This document shows, one piece after another, positions 9,313 to 19,147 of a stretch of DNA of 64,000 bases. Each line of letters starts with the position of its first letter. Within the stretch, counting starts at the first letter, position 1. Source of the DNA: an uncultured Pseudomonadota bacterium. Its GTDB lineage: Bacteria > Oederibacteriota > Muellerivitia > Muellerivitales > Muellerivitaceae. The stretch spans positions 160,001 through 224,000 of the forward strand of contig CAWIIP010000001.1 of the NCBI GenBank assembly GCA_963836235.1, written 5' to 3'. Below the pieces are notes generated by a model. The model was not told the DNA's origin. It saw only the letters and a list, made by a program, of their open reading frames with translations, and made no database searches. The position numbers were made by a program, and so were the translations under genes.

Positions 9313-10971
9313 ATGGTGAATCCGGATATTTTCGATTTGACCCGGGAACTGATTTCGGAAATCAAGTCAGCGATTGTTCCTTACGGTTTTGATGAAATTC
9401 CTGTCCTTTTGGAAAGCCCGAAAGATAAATCCCATGGTGATTTTTCCACTCCGGTAGCGATGTTTTTGGCTAAAAAACTAAAAAAATCACCCTTAAGTTT
9501 GGCTCAGGAAATAGTGCAAAGCCTCAAAACGGATGAGAAGTTCGTGGCCGAAAAAAAGGCCGTCGCCCCAGGTTTCATTAACTTTAAGTTGAATCCCCTC
9601 TTTTTTTATTCGGTTTTGGAGTCCTGTATTGAACAAGGAAACCAATATGGTAAAAATAGTGAACTAAGGGACCGGAAAATCCTGCTGGAGTTCGTGAGCG
9701 CCAACCCAACCGGGCCCCTCAATGTGGTCAACGCCCGGGCCGCCGTATTGGGTGATTCCATCGTGAACCTAATCCGATTTTCCGGCGGCTCGGTGAATAA
9801 GGAATATTACATCAACGATGCGGGCAATCAGGCCCGACTTTTTGGCGAATCCCTCAAGGCGGCCATTGACCGCGTCCAAGGAAAGTTCACGGAAGCTCCC
9901 GAAGGGGGATATCAAGGGGCCTATATGGAGGATCTGGCCAAGGAATACATCTCGGCGGAGGGTGAGAACACCGACTTCAACATTTCTAGCGATAAATTGG
10001 GCGAGTGGGGAATGGACCGGGTCGTCCAATGGCAAAAGGAATCCCTACAGCGCTACGGAGTGGTATTCGACCAGTGGTTTTCCGAGCGGCGTCTTTTGCA
10101 CGACTCCGGATTGGTACGGGAGACCCTGGAAAAACTAAAGCAGATGGGGTTGACGTACGAAAAGGACGGAGCCACCTGGATCAAAACATCTGAGTATGGG
10201 GCTCCTAAAGACGAGGTCTTGGTCAAGAGCAACGGCATTCCGGCTTATATTACTGCTGATATTGCCTATCATCTTCATAAGCTTAAACGGGGGCACGCCC
10301 GGATTATCAATATCATGGGCCCGGACCATCACGGCCACATTCTCAGCATGAAGGCGGCCCACCAGGCCCTGGGATTCGCGCCGGAGATGTTCGAGGTTCT
10401 CGTCGCACAACACGTGAGCCTTCTTTCGGGCGGCGAAAAAGTCAAGATGTCAAAAAGGGAAGGCAAATTTGTCACCATGGAGGAACTGTTGGAACAGGTG
10501 GGACGCGACGCCGCACGCTTTTTTTTCGTTATGCGGGGGGCAAATAGCCACTTGGATTTTGACCTGGAAGTGGCCAAGAAACACACGGAAGAAAACCCAG
10601 TTTTCTATATTCAATATGCCCATGCGCGGATTTGCAGCCTTTTGAAAAAATGCGCAGAAAAAGAACTCCAGCCCTCTAATTCGAGTGAGGAATTGGCGAC
10701 ACTTACCGAACCGGAAGCTCTTTTGCTCTTAAAAGAGATCATGGAGTACCCACAATGGATAGTGGAAAGCGGCAAGGCCTATGAACCCCACCGAATAGTT
10801 TTTTTTTTACAGACATTGGCGGCTGATTTTCATCTTTTCTACACCAAACATCGGATTCTCGACGCCCCGAAAGAAAAAGCCCGGGCCCGCTTGTCGCTGG
10901 CCTTAGGAGTAAAAACGGTTCTTCAAAACGCGCTATCACTTCTTGGCGTTTCGGCGCCTGAACAAATGTAA
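9313..10971 (+). CDS. argS: Arginine--tRNA ligase
   Basis: HGDFST, EFVSANPTGPL, KMSKR, NPVFYIQYAHAR and C-terminal GVSAPEQM. Confidence 0.98.
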   Translation: MVNPDIFDLTRELISEIKSAIVPYGFDEIPVLLESPKDKSHGDFSTPVAMFLAKKLKKSPLSLAQEIVQSLKTDEKFVAEKKAVAPGFINFKLNPLFFYSVLESCIEQGNQYGKNSELRDRKILLEFVSANPTGPLNVVNARAAVLGDSIVNLIRFSGGSVNKEYYINDAGNQARLFGESLKAAIDRVQGKFTEAPEGGYQGAYMEDLAKEYISAEGENTDFNISSDKLGEWGMDRVVQWQKESLQRYGVVFDQWFSERRLLHDSGLVRETLEKLKQMGLTYEKDGATWIKTSEYGAPKDEVLVKSNGIPAYITADIAYHLHKLKRGHARIINIMGPDHHGHILSMKAAHQALGFAPEMFEVLVAQHVSLLSGGEKVKMSKREGKFVTMEELLEQVGRDAARFFFVMRGANSHLDFDLEVAKKHTEENPVFYIQYAHARICSLLKKCAEKELQPSNSSEELATLTEPEALLLLKEIMEYPQWIVESGKAYEPHRIVFFLQTLAADFHLFYTKHRILDAPKEKARARLSLALGVKTVLQNALSLLGVSAPEQM

Positions 10972-10982
10972 TCGAGGTTTCC

Positions 10983-11696
10983 TTGAAATTCTTATTTTTG
11001 CTTTTTTTTATCGTTACTTTTGGGTTGATGGGTTGTTCCGGTCCCAAGCCCGTTGCGCCGGTTGACGACTCGCTGGTGAAAAAACTTCGGGCAGAACTAA
11101 CCTCGGGTGACTACGACAACGCCGTCAAAGACTCAAAGGAGATCAACAGCCAGGTTCCGCCGGGGCCTTTTGTTGAGGAATCGCTTTACCTTCACGGCTA
11201 CGCTCTCGCTTTCGGCAGGTCGGATTTTCAAAGCGCGCGTTCTTCCCTGAAACAACTTTTGGATATGTACCCGACAGGCCGATTCTGTGTCGAGACCCGA
11301 AGGCTTTTGGCGGACTGCCAATATTGGCAGGGACATTACCAAACCGCCACGAAAGAGTATCAGAAATTACTCGCGGATTATCCGGGGAGGGGATATGACA
11401 GTTATGCTCTGCTTCAGATCGGTAATTGCCTTCTTTTAGACGACAAAGTAGGCGATGCCTTGGCGGATTATCAGGATGTTGTTTCAAAATTTCCGACGGA
11501 TCCGATGGCGGATTCGGCCCAGTTTATGGTCGCGAATTCTTACCTCAAACTCCAAAACTTTAAACAGGCGAAAAAAGAGCTTCAAAAACTTGTCGCGATT
11601 ACCCATGATAAGGATGTTCAAACGGAGGCCCAAAAGGCCATTCGACAGTTGGAAGACGATGATTCTTTCAAGCCTGGGGTGAGCGACACGGAATGA
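10983..11696 (+). CDS. TPR lipoprotein (BamD/YbgF-like repeats)
   Basis: Lipobox LMGC followed by TPR repeats with YPG/FPT turns. Confidence 0.75.
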   Translation: MKFLFLLFFIVTFGLMGCSGPKPVAPVDDSLVKKLRAELTSGDYDNAVKDSKEINSQVPPGPFVEESLYLHGYALAFGRSDFQSARSSLKQLLDMYPTGRFCVETRRLLADCQYWQGHYQTATKEYQKLLADYPGRGYDSYALLQIGNCLLLDDKVGDALADYQDVVSKFPTDPMADSAQFMVANSYLKLQNFKQAKKELQKLVAITHDKDVQTEAQKAIRQLEDDDSFKPGVSDTE

Positions 11697-12562
11697 ACGC
11701 GTTATCTTTTAGGACTTTCTTAGGCCTAATGTTCGGCGCCCTCTTCTTCGGGAGCCTCAGCTATTTGACGGTTCTTCAATTTATTATCAGGGTCATCCCG
11801 AAACTTCGACAAAAGTCCTCGGGACTGGGAATATTCGATTCACCTCAAAAGCTGACCTCGGCCCAAAAAACAATGCTGACGGGCGTGGTGGTGGGATTAT
11901 TTGTCATGGTTTTGGATGATTTTTCGACGGGCCTTTTGTTTATAACGGTGGCTGTTCTTTTGGGTTATGGCCTTGAAAAAATACCCGGGCTCGTTCAAAA
12001 GCGTCGAGTGAGAAAACGGCAGGCTCAATTAGTGGAGATCTTTCCCCAAGCCTTGGGCATGTCGATTCAAGCCCTCAAAACAGGACAGACCGTCCCGCAA
12101 GTGCTGGTTTACTTATCCCGGGAAGCGCCCTCACCTTTGAAAGGGGAACTATCACAAGTTTGTGCAGAAATGGAGATGGGATCTTCCGCAGAACAAGCCC
12201 TTTCGAAAATGGCGGAGCGATTTCCTGACTTTTCAGAGTTTCACCAATTTTTTGAGTCCTACAAGATTTCCCGACAGACGGGAGCGAATCTTACCCACTT
12301 GTTGGAGGTTTTGCTGGAGGGTATGGAAGAGAAGAGCCGCATTCTGAGAAAAATGGAAGCTATGACCGCCCAAGCCCGTCTTTCGGGTTTACTCATGGGA
12401 ATTCTTCCCTTCTTGTTGGGAGTGGTGTTTTTTTTGATGGATCCAAACCTGATGACACCGCTTTTCACGGAAAAGGCCGGATGGGCCATTTTATTTTTGG
12501 CCGCGATTCTTGAGGCCATCGGTTTTCTTTGGATTAGGCAACTTCTCCAGGTGGAATTTTAA
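11693..12562 (+). CDS. tadB: Tad pilus assembly membrane protein TadB (T2SSF family)
   Basis: QTGANL, MTAQARLSG and LLMGILPF motifs. Confidence 0.85.
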   Translation: MNALSFRTFLGLMFGALFFGSLSYLTVLQFIIRVIPKLRQKSSGLGIFDSPQKLTSAQKTMLTGVVVGLFVMVLDDFSTGLLFITVAVLLGYGLEKIPGLVQKRRVRKRQAQLVEIFPQALGMSIQALKTGQTVPQVLVYLSREAPSPLKGELSQVCAEMEMGSSAEQALSKMAERFPDFSEFHQFFESYKISRQTGANLTHLLEVLLEGMEEKSRILRKMEAMTAQARLSGLLMGILPFLLGVVFFLMDPNLMTPLFTEKAGWAILFLAAILEAIGFLWIRQLLQVEF

Positions 12563-13434
12563 TGATGGCTTATTTTTTGCTTGGCCTGTTCTCCCTTGCT
12601 TTGGGATGGTTTGTGCGGGATATGGCTTTGCTTGCTTTGCTCCGCTTCTCAAGGTATCAACAAACCGTCAGGCTCGAAAACCTTGTGGGACAGTCCCGCA
12701 AATCCGTTCCTTTCCAAACGGTCATCGCTTTTTTGGAAAATAACTTGGAGATTCTTTCTGAGTTCAAGATGTTTGAAAAATATTTCAAGTATGTCTCGCG
12801 CCAACTCCAGAGGATGAACCGGCCCGATTTAAAGCCTGTTCAGATATTGGGATACCAAATACTCGCCTCCGTTTTTGCATTTCTTCTTTTTCAACTTTTA
12901 TCTGGCAGCGTGGAGTTGGCGTTCCTCAGCTTTTTGTCCGGCGTGGGACTTCCTCTCCTCTGGATAAGAGATCAAGTGACTCGCCGGGAAAAAGGGCTGC
13001 TGCGCGACTTACCCAACGCGTTGGAAATCCTTTCGCTTTGCTCGGAAGCTGGACTTTCATTGGAACAAGCTTTGGACCAATATTTAAAAAATGCCAAAAA
13101 GGGAGCTTTGCGGGAAGAATTGGGAGGGATTTTGGAACAGACCCGGACCGGGTCCAACCGGAAAGACGCTTTTGAGTCCGTCAGCTCCCGGCTGGATTTG
13201 ACGGATTTTTCCTTGTTCACCACGAGCCTCATTCAAGCGGAACGATTTGGCACGGGGATCGCTAAAACCCTGCGACAATTGTCGATCACGATCAGGGAAA
13301 AACAATCCCAAAGGGCTGAAAAAGCCGTCCAGGAACTCCCGGTGAAAATGCTCTTACCGCTCATTCTTTTCATCATGCCGGTTACTTTCCTCATCATTTT
13401 CGGTCCAATCGTTCTGCAGTTTTTAAATCCTTAA
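12562..13434 (+). CDS. tadC: Tad pilus assembly membrane protein TadC (T2SSF family)
   Basis: LPNALEIL...EAGLSLEQAL, QAERFGTGIAKTL and PVKMLLPLILFIMP. Confidence 0.88.
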   Translation: MMAYFLLGLFSLALGWFVRDMALLALLRFSRYQQTVRLENLVGQSRKSVPFQTVIAFLENNLEILSEFKMFEKYFKYVSRQLQRMNRPDLKPVQILGYQILASVFAFLLFQLLSGSVELAFLSFLSGVGLPLLWIRDQVTRREKGLLRDLPNALEILSLCSEAGLSLEQALDQYLKNAKKGALREELGGILEQTRTGSNRKDAFESVSSRLDLTDFSLFTTSLIQAERFGTGIAKTLRQLSITIREKQSQRAEKAVQELPVKMLLPLILFIMPVTFLIIFGPIVLQFLNP

Positions 13435-13562
13435 TTACCTTTGAAGTTCCAAACTCGCCCAGAAATCAAACGTCATTGGGTTCGTAAAGTTATTGCGGTC
13501 CGATTCTCCTTTTTTGGGATATCTTGGCTGTTTGGCGGCAAAAGATTCGATAAAGGTCCTTA

Positions 13563-13889
13563 ATGGTTCACGAAATTGGGAACATTTTAGAAGCGAGAAG
13601 GTTCCATGAAAGGCTTTTGGGGCTCATGGGGCGGAGAAACTGGCCTTCCTCTCACAGGGGGATTTGGTTTCCCCAATGCCGTTCCGTTCATACTTTTTTT
13701 ACTTTTTTAAAACCCGACCTGCTTTTTATGGACAGAAACCTCAATATTCTTGAAATCTTCCCCTCGGCAGGTGTTTGGAGAGTTTTTGTGGGACCGAAAG
13801 GCACTACCCATTGCCTGGAAATGCCATCCGGTTACGTACAGTCCAACCAATTAAAGGTTGGAGATCAGATTCATTTTAAAACTATTTAA
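13563..13889 (+). CDS. DUF192 family protein
   Basis: RLLGLMGR, CRSVHTFF and LEMPSG...LKVGD. Confidence 0.85.
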   Translation: MVHEIGNILEARRFHERLLGLMGRRNWPSSHRGIWFPQCRSVHTFFTFLKPDLLFMDRNLNILEIFPSAGVWRVFVGPKGTTHCLEMPSGYVQSNQLKVGDQIHFKTI

Positions 13890-14333
13890 CCAGTGTAGGC
13901 CCCACATATACTTTAACCTTCACTCCAACGAATTCGGCGACTACTTCATTTAGATTAACCCCTATTCATTTTCACTGCTTCAAATCTTCTGACTCGTTTC
14001 TGCCTTTAACACTGTAGTTGGTCATCAAGCGAAACCGGAACGAAAAACGCGGGGGTAAAAGCGGTACAATAAGCGTTGCTATTTCGGCCACAGTATTGCG
14101 ACAAGGTAACGCAAGTTATTCGGAAAACTTTAAAGATTATTTAAGGATGAGGATTTGGCTGATGATTAGGAGTTTAATTTACCGAGATATCTCCAGAAAT
14201 GTTTTCGAATTATTTCTGGATTTTTCTTAATCGGTTTTTTTAAAAAAGCACAAAATAAGGTAAATCGGAATTACCATGACCCATTCGGGAGATAGCTTAT
14301 GAAAAGGGAAGAGACAAGGAAGGCCCGCGCTTT

Positions 14334-14948
14334 ATGGGGAAAGACTCATTGAAGCGAAAAACAACCCAGGTAAAATCGAAGCCCCGAGCCGCGGACGGTA
14401 AGAAACATCCATCGGGTCATCTTCGAAAGACTGTCGGCCTTGACCTCAAGGCGATCTGCTCCATCGATCATGAATGCGTGGGATGTTCGGATGTTATGAA
14501 ATCTTGTTGCGCGAAATATGACGTTTGCGTTGATGAAGCGACGGTCCAAGGGATCATCCCCTTTCTGCCGGAAGCCTCTGAGTTCTGTCCCCACCTTAAA
14601 ACCTTGGATGGGTATGACAATGTTTTTGAGGAAGGGGAGAAGGGCCAATACTCGATTGAAACGCACGAAAACGACCTCTGCGTTTTCGCTTACACCGCCC
14701 CGAATGGATTGATCCGCTGTTCATTGCATAGCATCGAGATCAACCACGGATTGGCGCCCGGAAGCGTGAAGCCGGCCGTCTGCATGCTTTTTCCGCTTAC
14801 TTTTTCGGAAGATGGCCATACTTTAACCCTTCATGACGGAGCCCTTTCCTGCGACTGCAGTTCACTCCGGGAAAGACCTTCCCGCCTCGTCTCTCCGGCA
14901 TTGGCAGAAACCATCCGGCAATTCGGCGGGGAGATTTCAGCGCCGTAA
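14334..14948 (+). CDS. Cys-rich putative metal-binding protein (DUF3109/YkgJ-like)
   Basis: CxxC...CC, CVF, CSLH and KPAVCMLFPL. Confidence 0.7.
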   Translation: MGKDSLKRKTTQVKSKPRAADGKKHPSGHLRKTVGLDLKAICSIDHECVGCSDVMKSCCAKYDVCVDEATVQGIIPFLPEASEFCPHLKTLDGYDNVFEEGEKGQYSIETHENDLCVFAYTAPNGLIRCSLHSIEINHGLAPGSVKPAVCMLFPLTFSEDGHTLTLHDGALSCDCSSLRERPSRLVSPALAETIRQFGGEISAP

Positions 14949-15060
14949 GTCTGAAAGGCTTGCTTCTCAATGGGGTGGTGGGGTGAAAGTGGTGTACAAT
15001 TTGGACCCCAAAAGGGATGGAGGGGCATAAAGGCCCTTCGCAAATCGAGGAGGAAGAAAA

Positions 15061-15309
15061 TTGAGCATCAATGATAGGGCCGTTAATTCAAAAGCCGATT
15101 TTATCGACTTTTTGAAAGAGCTGTCCAAAAACCATAAAAATTTTCCTGATGAATGGAAGACAAAAAAATTGGGGGCTTTTTTTGAGGCGATGGCTGGGTG
15201 GGTAGGAGAGATGGAAAGCTATCATCAAGATAACCATCTGAAAGAACCGGCGGATATTAACTGGAGTTTCATGGCCAATATGCTTTTGGCCGCCAAAATA
15301 TACGAATAA
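15061..15309 (+). CDS. Small conserved hypothetical protein (DUF7660-like)
   Basis: RBS gaggagg before a TTG start. Motif W...L..FFEAMAGW...WSFMANMLLAAKIYE. Confidence 0.65.
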   Translation: MSINDRAVNSKADFIDFLKELSKNHKNFPDEWKTKKLGAFFEAMAGWVGEMESYHQDNHLKEPADINWSFMANMLLAAKIYE

Positions 15310-15396
15310 CGACATATCCGAATCTGGGTGCTGAATAAGGCCGGCGGCACGCAAGGCTCCGACCCGGGTGAAAGCCGCGGGAATAAAGGGATAAAG

Positions 15397-15681
15397 ATGA
15401 AGATTAAAAATATTAATGGAACACCGGATATGGCTTGTAAGTGTGACAGCTGGTTGGATCATTGGGACCGGTTCAGCGACCAATCACCCACCTATTGCCC
15501 CGTCGAAGAATGCATGAGTCATATCGAAATCGGCGCCCGGGTCCAGAAAGAGAGCCCCGCTGACGATAGTTGGTATATTGTCCCGCTTTGCCAAAAACAC
15601 AACGCGAGGACGGGGGAATCCCTCCTTGTGAATGATAATGTTAAAATGGTTTCGACCAATGGCAAGGAAACCTGCGGTTGA
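15397..15681 (+). CDS. Small Cys/His-rich hypothetical protein
   Basis: CKC.SWLDHW, CPVEEC, GARVQ and WYIVPLCQKHN suggest a zinc-binding domain. Confidence 0.65.
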   Translation: MKIKNINGTPDMACKCDSWLDHWDRFSDQSPTYCPVEECMSHIEIGARVQKESPADDSWYIVPLCQKHNARTGESLLVNDNVKMVSTNGKETCG

Positions 15682-15861
15682 CCGGCTAACGGCTTGGTTC
15701 GTTATACACTTTCGCTGAAGTAGTCCACGATGGATATTCTTTTTTAGGTTTTGGCGATCCAAGGCTTGATTTCCACTTGCCCATGACCAAAGATTAGCGT
15801 CGGTCCATCGGAGGAGGCGGGGCTGATGGTTATTGAAGAAGAAAAAGAATGTAAGTTGAAC

Positions 15862-16317
15862 TTACTCAAATCCATAGAAAGAATAAGGGATGCTTTTCGA
15901 ATCAATCACCGTGCTGTTCACGTAGACACTTCCCATCGTACTGTCATACATCCAGCCGCTATCCGATCCCGTTGGAACATTGCTCATAACGGTGTTGGTC
16001 ACTAAGTTTCCGGATGGACTGGCCGCATCTTCCACGAAAGCACCGGTTACCTTCACCGAGGGAATATCGTCTAAGTAACGACTGAAGGCGAAAACCGAGT
16101 CCGAATTTAGGGTTGTCGGCCATATCCCTTGGACATCGGCGTAATAAACGGAAGCGGCCGACTTAAGGCTGGATAGATTGCCTTTGGTGGATCCTTCCCG
16201 TGATTTTTCCAGCATCTGGGCGAATCGGGGAATCGCGATCGCGGCCAAAATCCCGATGATCGCGACCACGATCATCAGCTCAATCAATGTAAACCCATTT
16301 TTTTTCAACAGCTTCAT
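15862..16317 (-). CDS. Type IV pilin / GspG-like pseudopilin
   Basis: Prepilin cleavage/methylation motif KNG|FTLIELMIVVAIIGILAAIAIP. Confidence 0.9.
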   Translation of the reverse strand: MKLLKKNGFTLIELMIVVAIIGILAAIAIPRFAQMLEKSREGSTKGNLSSLKSAASVYYADVQGIWPTTLNSDSVFAFSRYLDDIPSVKVTGAFVEDAASPSGNLVTNTVMSNVPTGSDSGWMYDSTMGSVYVNSTVIDSKSIPYSFYGFE

Positions 16318-16567
16318 GAGATCCTTTTAATCACTCGGAGAATCGGTTTCGCCACAAATCGACCGATTAGAATATAGGTTATTGGTTTTCTTTGGACAAT
16401 CAAAACCACTTGAAATAGACGCCTTTTTAGATGTGATTTCCGACATAACCACATGAACAGGTCTTGGTCACCTTGTTTAAAGCCAAAGTGCACTTGTTAC
16501 TAAACAATTTTCTAAAGTCCCGATGTCGATTATGAAGAGTAAAAAAGAAACCAACTACAGGTTTAGT

Positions 16568-18007
16568 TCAAGAAGGCTGGAAGGCGGGAAAGAAAAGGGT
16601 GACGGTAGTTCCTTTGGTGGGTTCGCTTCGGATTTCCACGGTTCCGGCATGCAGGTCCATGATGCTTTTCACGATGGAAAGCCCCAATCCGGCACCTCCT
16701 GAAGCGGGAGAGCGCGAGAAGTCTACCCGGTAAAAGCGGTCAAAGACCCGGGAAATCTGCTCCGGAGGGATGCCTGTTCCCGTGTCGGAAACTTCCACGC
16801 GAATTTTCCCGTCGCCAGTGGAAGTTTTTAAAAGAACTATCCCGCCGGCGGGGGTGTGTTTCAGGGCGTTTTCGACAAGGTTCCCCACGGCTCTTTGAAA
16901 TAGGGAACGATCCAGGTTCGCCCGCAAGCCTTCCGGGGCTTCCACCCGCAAAGCGATACCCGATTCACCCGCCGACAGGCCGTAAAAATCTTGGAGAAGC
17001 CACAGTTCCTTTTTTAAATCCAATTCTTCCCGCTGGATTTGGGTTTGGGGATTCTCCGCCCGCGCGAGAAAAAGGAGGCGGTCAATGAGGTTGGAAAGCC
17101 GATGGTATTCCTCAAGTGAAGAGCCCAGGATTTCACGGTACTCACCCGGATTACGCTCCTTACTTAAAGACACTTCCGCTTCCCCGCGGAGGTTCTGGAG
17201 GGGGGTTCGGAGTTCGTGGGCGATATCGGAGCTGAAACGGGAAAGGCGAATAAAGGAATCCTCCAGGCGGTCCAACATGCCATTGAAAGTCGTGGCTAAA
17301 TCGGAAAGCTCGGAAGGAAGACCAGACCGTTCCAGGCGCTCATTCAGGGTGCTGGGACTGATCCGGGCGGCGGTTTCCGCCATTTTCCGCACTGGGCGGA
17401 TTCCCCGATGGGCGATCCAATAACCCGCCAGGGCGCAAGCCAGGAGGGAAAAACCCAGCGCGAGAAAGAGCTTCGCCCTGAATTTTTCCAGGATGGCCTC
17501 GTCCGAACCCAGGTCGATGGCCATCTGGATCGTCACGTCAGGGGGGGCATGTCCCATCCAAAGGCCCTGGGTCGAGGAAATCCGAAAGGTCCGGCCTTGC
17601 TGGGAATGAATTTTTAAATTCCGACCGTTCGGGTATCCTTCTTTAAACAATGGGAGGGGCAAGGATTGGGACATTCCGGGGGTCTCCGTCAATAGCCGGC
17701 CTTGGCTGTCCAATATCCTTGTCCAAAAGGAAGTGTTCCGGTACCAGACCGGCAGTTCGCCGACGAATTCCCGGAGGTCATCCAGATCCACCGTTGGATC
17801 CTTCATCCTCACGCTCAAATTTTGAAGTTTTTGGGAAAGCAGGACGTCACCCTCATGGTCAAGGCCGTCGGAAAGGGCGCGGTAGAGGAAAGCCGAAGCC
17901 ATCAAGACCAGCGCGAAGGCTGAAAGGGCGTACCAAACTGTCATGCGGGCGGCCAGGGAATCGGGCCACTGGAACCCTATTTTTTTATCCGCGCTCTTCA
18001 AGGACAT
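16568..18007 (-). CDS. Heavy-metal sensor histidine kinase (CusS/CzcS-like)
   Basis: Two TM helices, HAMP, FSSDIAHELRTPL, NLVENALKH, VFDRFYRVD and GAGLGLSIV. Confidence 0.92.
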   Translation of the reverse strand: MSLKSADKKIGFQWPDSLAARMTVWYALSAFALVLMASAFLYRALSDGLDHEGDVLLSQKLQNLSVRMKDPTVDLDDLREFVGELPVWYRNTSFWTRILDSQGRLLTETPGMSQSLPLPLFKEGYPNGRNLKIHSQQGRTFRISSTQGLWMGHAPPDVTIQMAIDLGSDEAILEKFRAKLFLALGFSLLACALAGYWIAHRGIRPVRKMAETAARISPSTLNERLERSGLPSELSDLATTFNGMLDRLEDSFIRLSRFSSDIAHELRTPLQNLRGEAEVSLSKERNPGEYREILGSSLEEYHRLSNLIDRLLFLARAENPQTQIQREELDLKKELWLLQDFYGLSAGESGIALRVEAPEGLRANLDRSLFQRAVGNLVENALKHTPAGGIVLLKTSTGDGKIRVEVSDTGTGIPPEQISRVFDRFYRVDFSRSPASGGAGLGLSIVKSIMDLHAGTVEIRSEPTKGTTVTLFFPAFQPS

Positions 18008-18659
18008 AACCCACCCCCCGCACGGTATGAATCAGCTTCCGGGTGAAGGGGTCATCCACTTTGGAACGGAGCCGACGGACATGGACGTCCACCACGTTGG
18101 TGTCGCTGTCGAAATTCATGTCCCATACTTGTTCGGCGAGTAAGGCGCGGGATAAAACGTCGCCGGTCCGGGAAGCGAGAAGGAGAAGGAGAGCGAATTC
18201 CTTGGGGGTGAGGTCGAGCCGCCGACCGGACCGCTGGGTTTTATGGCGGATGGGGTCAATCTCAAGGTCGGCGATCCGCAGGACTTCTGGCGACCGGGCC
18301 GGGCCCCGCCGTAACAGGGTGTGCACCCTGGCCAAAAGTTCCGCGAAGGCGAAGGGCTTTACTAAGTAGTCGTCCGCGCCCGATTCCAGGCCCCGCACTC
18401 GATCCTCCACCGCGTCCCGGGCGGTCAAGAAAAGAATGGGAAACCGGTGGCCCGACCGGCGCAAATCCGCCAGGATGGACCAGCCGTCCTTGCCGGGGAG
18501 CATGACGTCCAGTATGAGCAGGTCGCAGGCGCCCACGCGGGCCAGGTGGAAACCTTCCTCGCCGCTCCCGGCGCCATTGACCGTGTAGCCGTTCTCGACC
18601 AGACCTTTGGCCAAATAGGCCATGGTTTTCGGCTCGTCCTCAATGATCAAAATCTTCAT
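17985..18659 (-). CDS. Heavy-metal response regulator (CusR/CopR-like, OmpR family)
   Basis: LILDVMLP, GADDYLVKPF and VWDMNFDSDTNVVDV (heavy-metal subfamily signature). Confidence 0.93.
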   Translation of the reverse strand: MKILIIEDEPKTMAYLAKGLVENGYTVNGAGSGEEGFHLARVGACDLLILDVMLPGKDGWSILADLRRSGHRFPILFLTARDAVEDRVRGLESGADDYLVKPFAFAELLARVHTLLRRGPARSPEVLRIADLEIDPIRHKTQRSGRRLDLTPKEFALLLLLASRTGDVLSRALLAEQVWDMNFDSDTNVVDVHVRRLRSKVDDPFTRKLIHTVRGVGYVLEERG

Positions 18660-18971
18660 GAGACTATGTAATTTCAAATGAGCGGAATATCAAGCACAAT
18701 TCGAATGAGGAATCAAAATTAATCTTTCAAGAGGCGAAAGGGTGCGGCTTTCAATCAAAGGATATAGGCCCACCGGCCCGACGGATGGAGAATCCACGAA
18801 AAGGGTTCTCCGCCGAAACTCTTTCCCGAAAAATAATAAAGCCGGGACTCCGTCCGGAAAATATGTAAGCCGGTAAAATTTCCGAGGGTAAACGCTATTG
18901 TCCAAAAAAACCTTGTCAGCGGTTAAAAATAAAATTTCATGGGTTGGGAAGTGTCATTGTAGTGACGGGAA

Positions 18972-18989
18972 GATGACGATTTCGTCATC
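18972..18989. promoter_or_regulatory. Palindromic CusR/CopR-like box
   Basis: GATGACGA-TT-TCGTCATC has perfect 8-bp arms and lies between the divergent regulator and TonB receptor. It resembles the CusR box ATGACAA-N2-TTGTCAT. Confidence 0.6.
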
Positions 18990-19147
18990 GTATCGTTACG
19001 CCCATTTAATTTTTCCGAAACGTTCTGGGAATCGACAGCCTCTAAATTCTCCCCCGACTTAAGCCGGTCTCATCAACGCTCCCAGCGGATTTCCAGAAAT
19101 GGTATCTCATGGATCATTTTATTTTAGGGTTGAGAAAGGAAGTGCTT

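Noticed and set aside
14018-14230. 70-aa ORF and gggggtaaaagcggtaca as an integrase arm site or att site
   Set aside because: There is no RBS or recognisable motif, and no tRNA, integrase or partner repeat in the window.
15300-15805. Possible integron attC sites between the small ORFs (ggctaac...gttatac)
   Set aside because: The spacing is too short, the R-box complementarity is poor, and there is no integrase.
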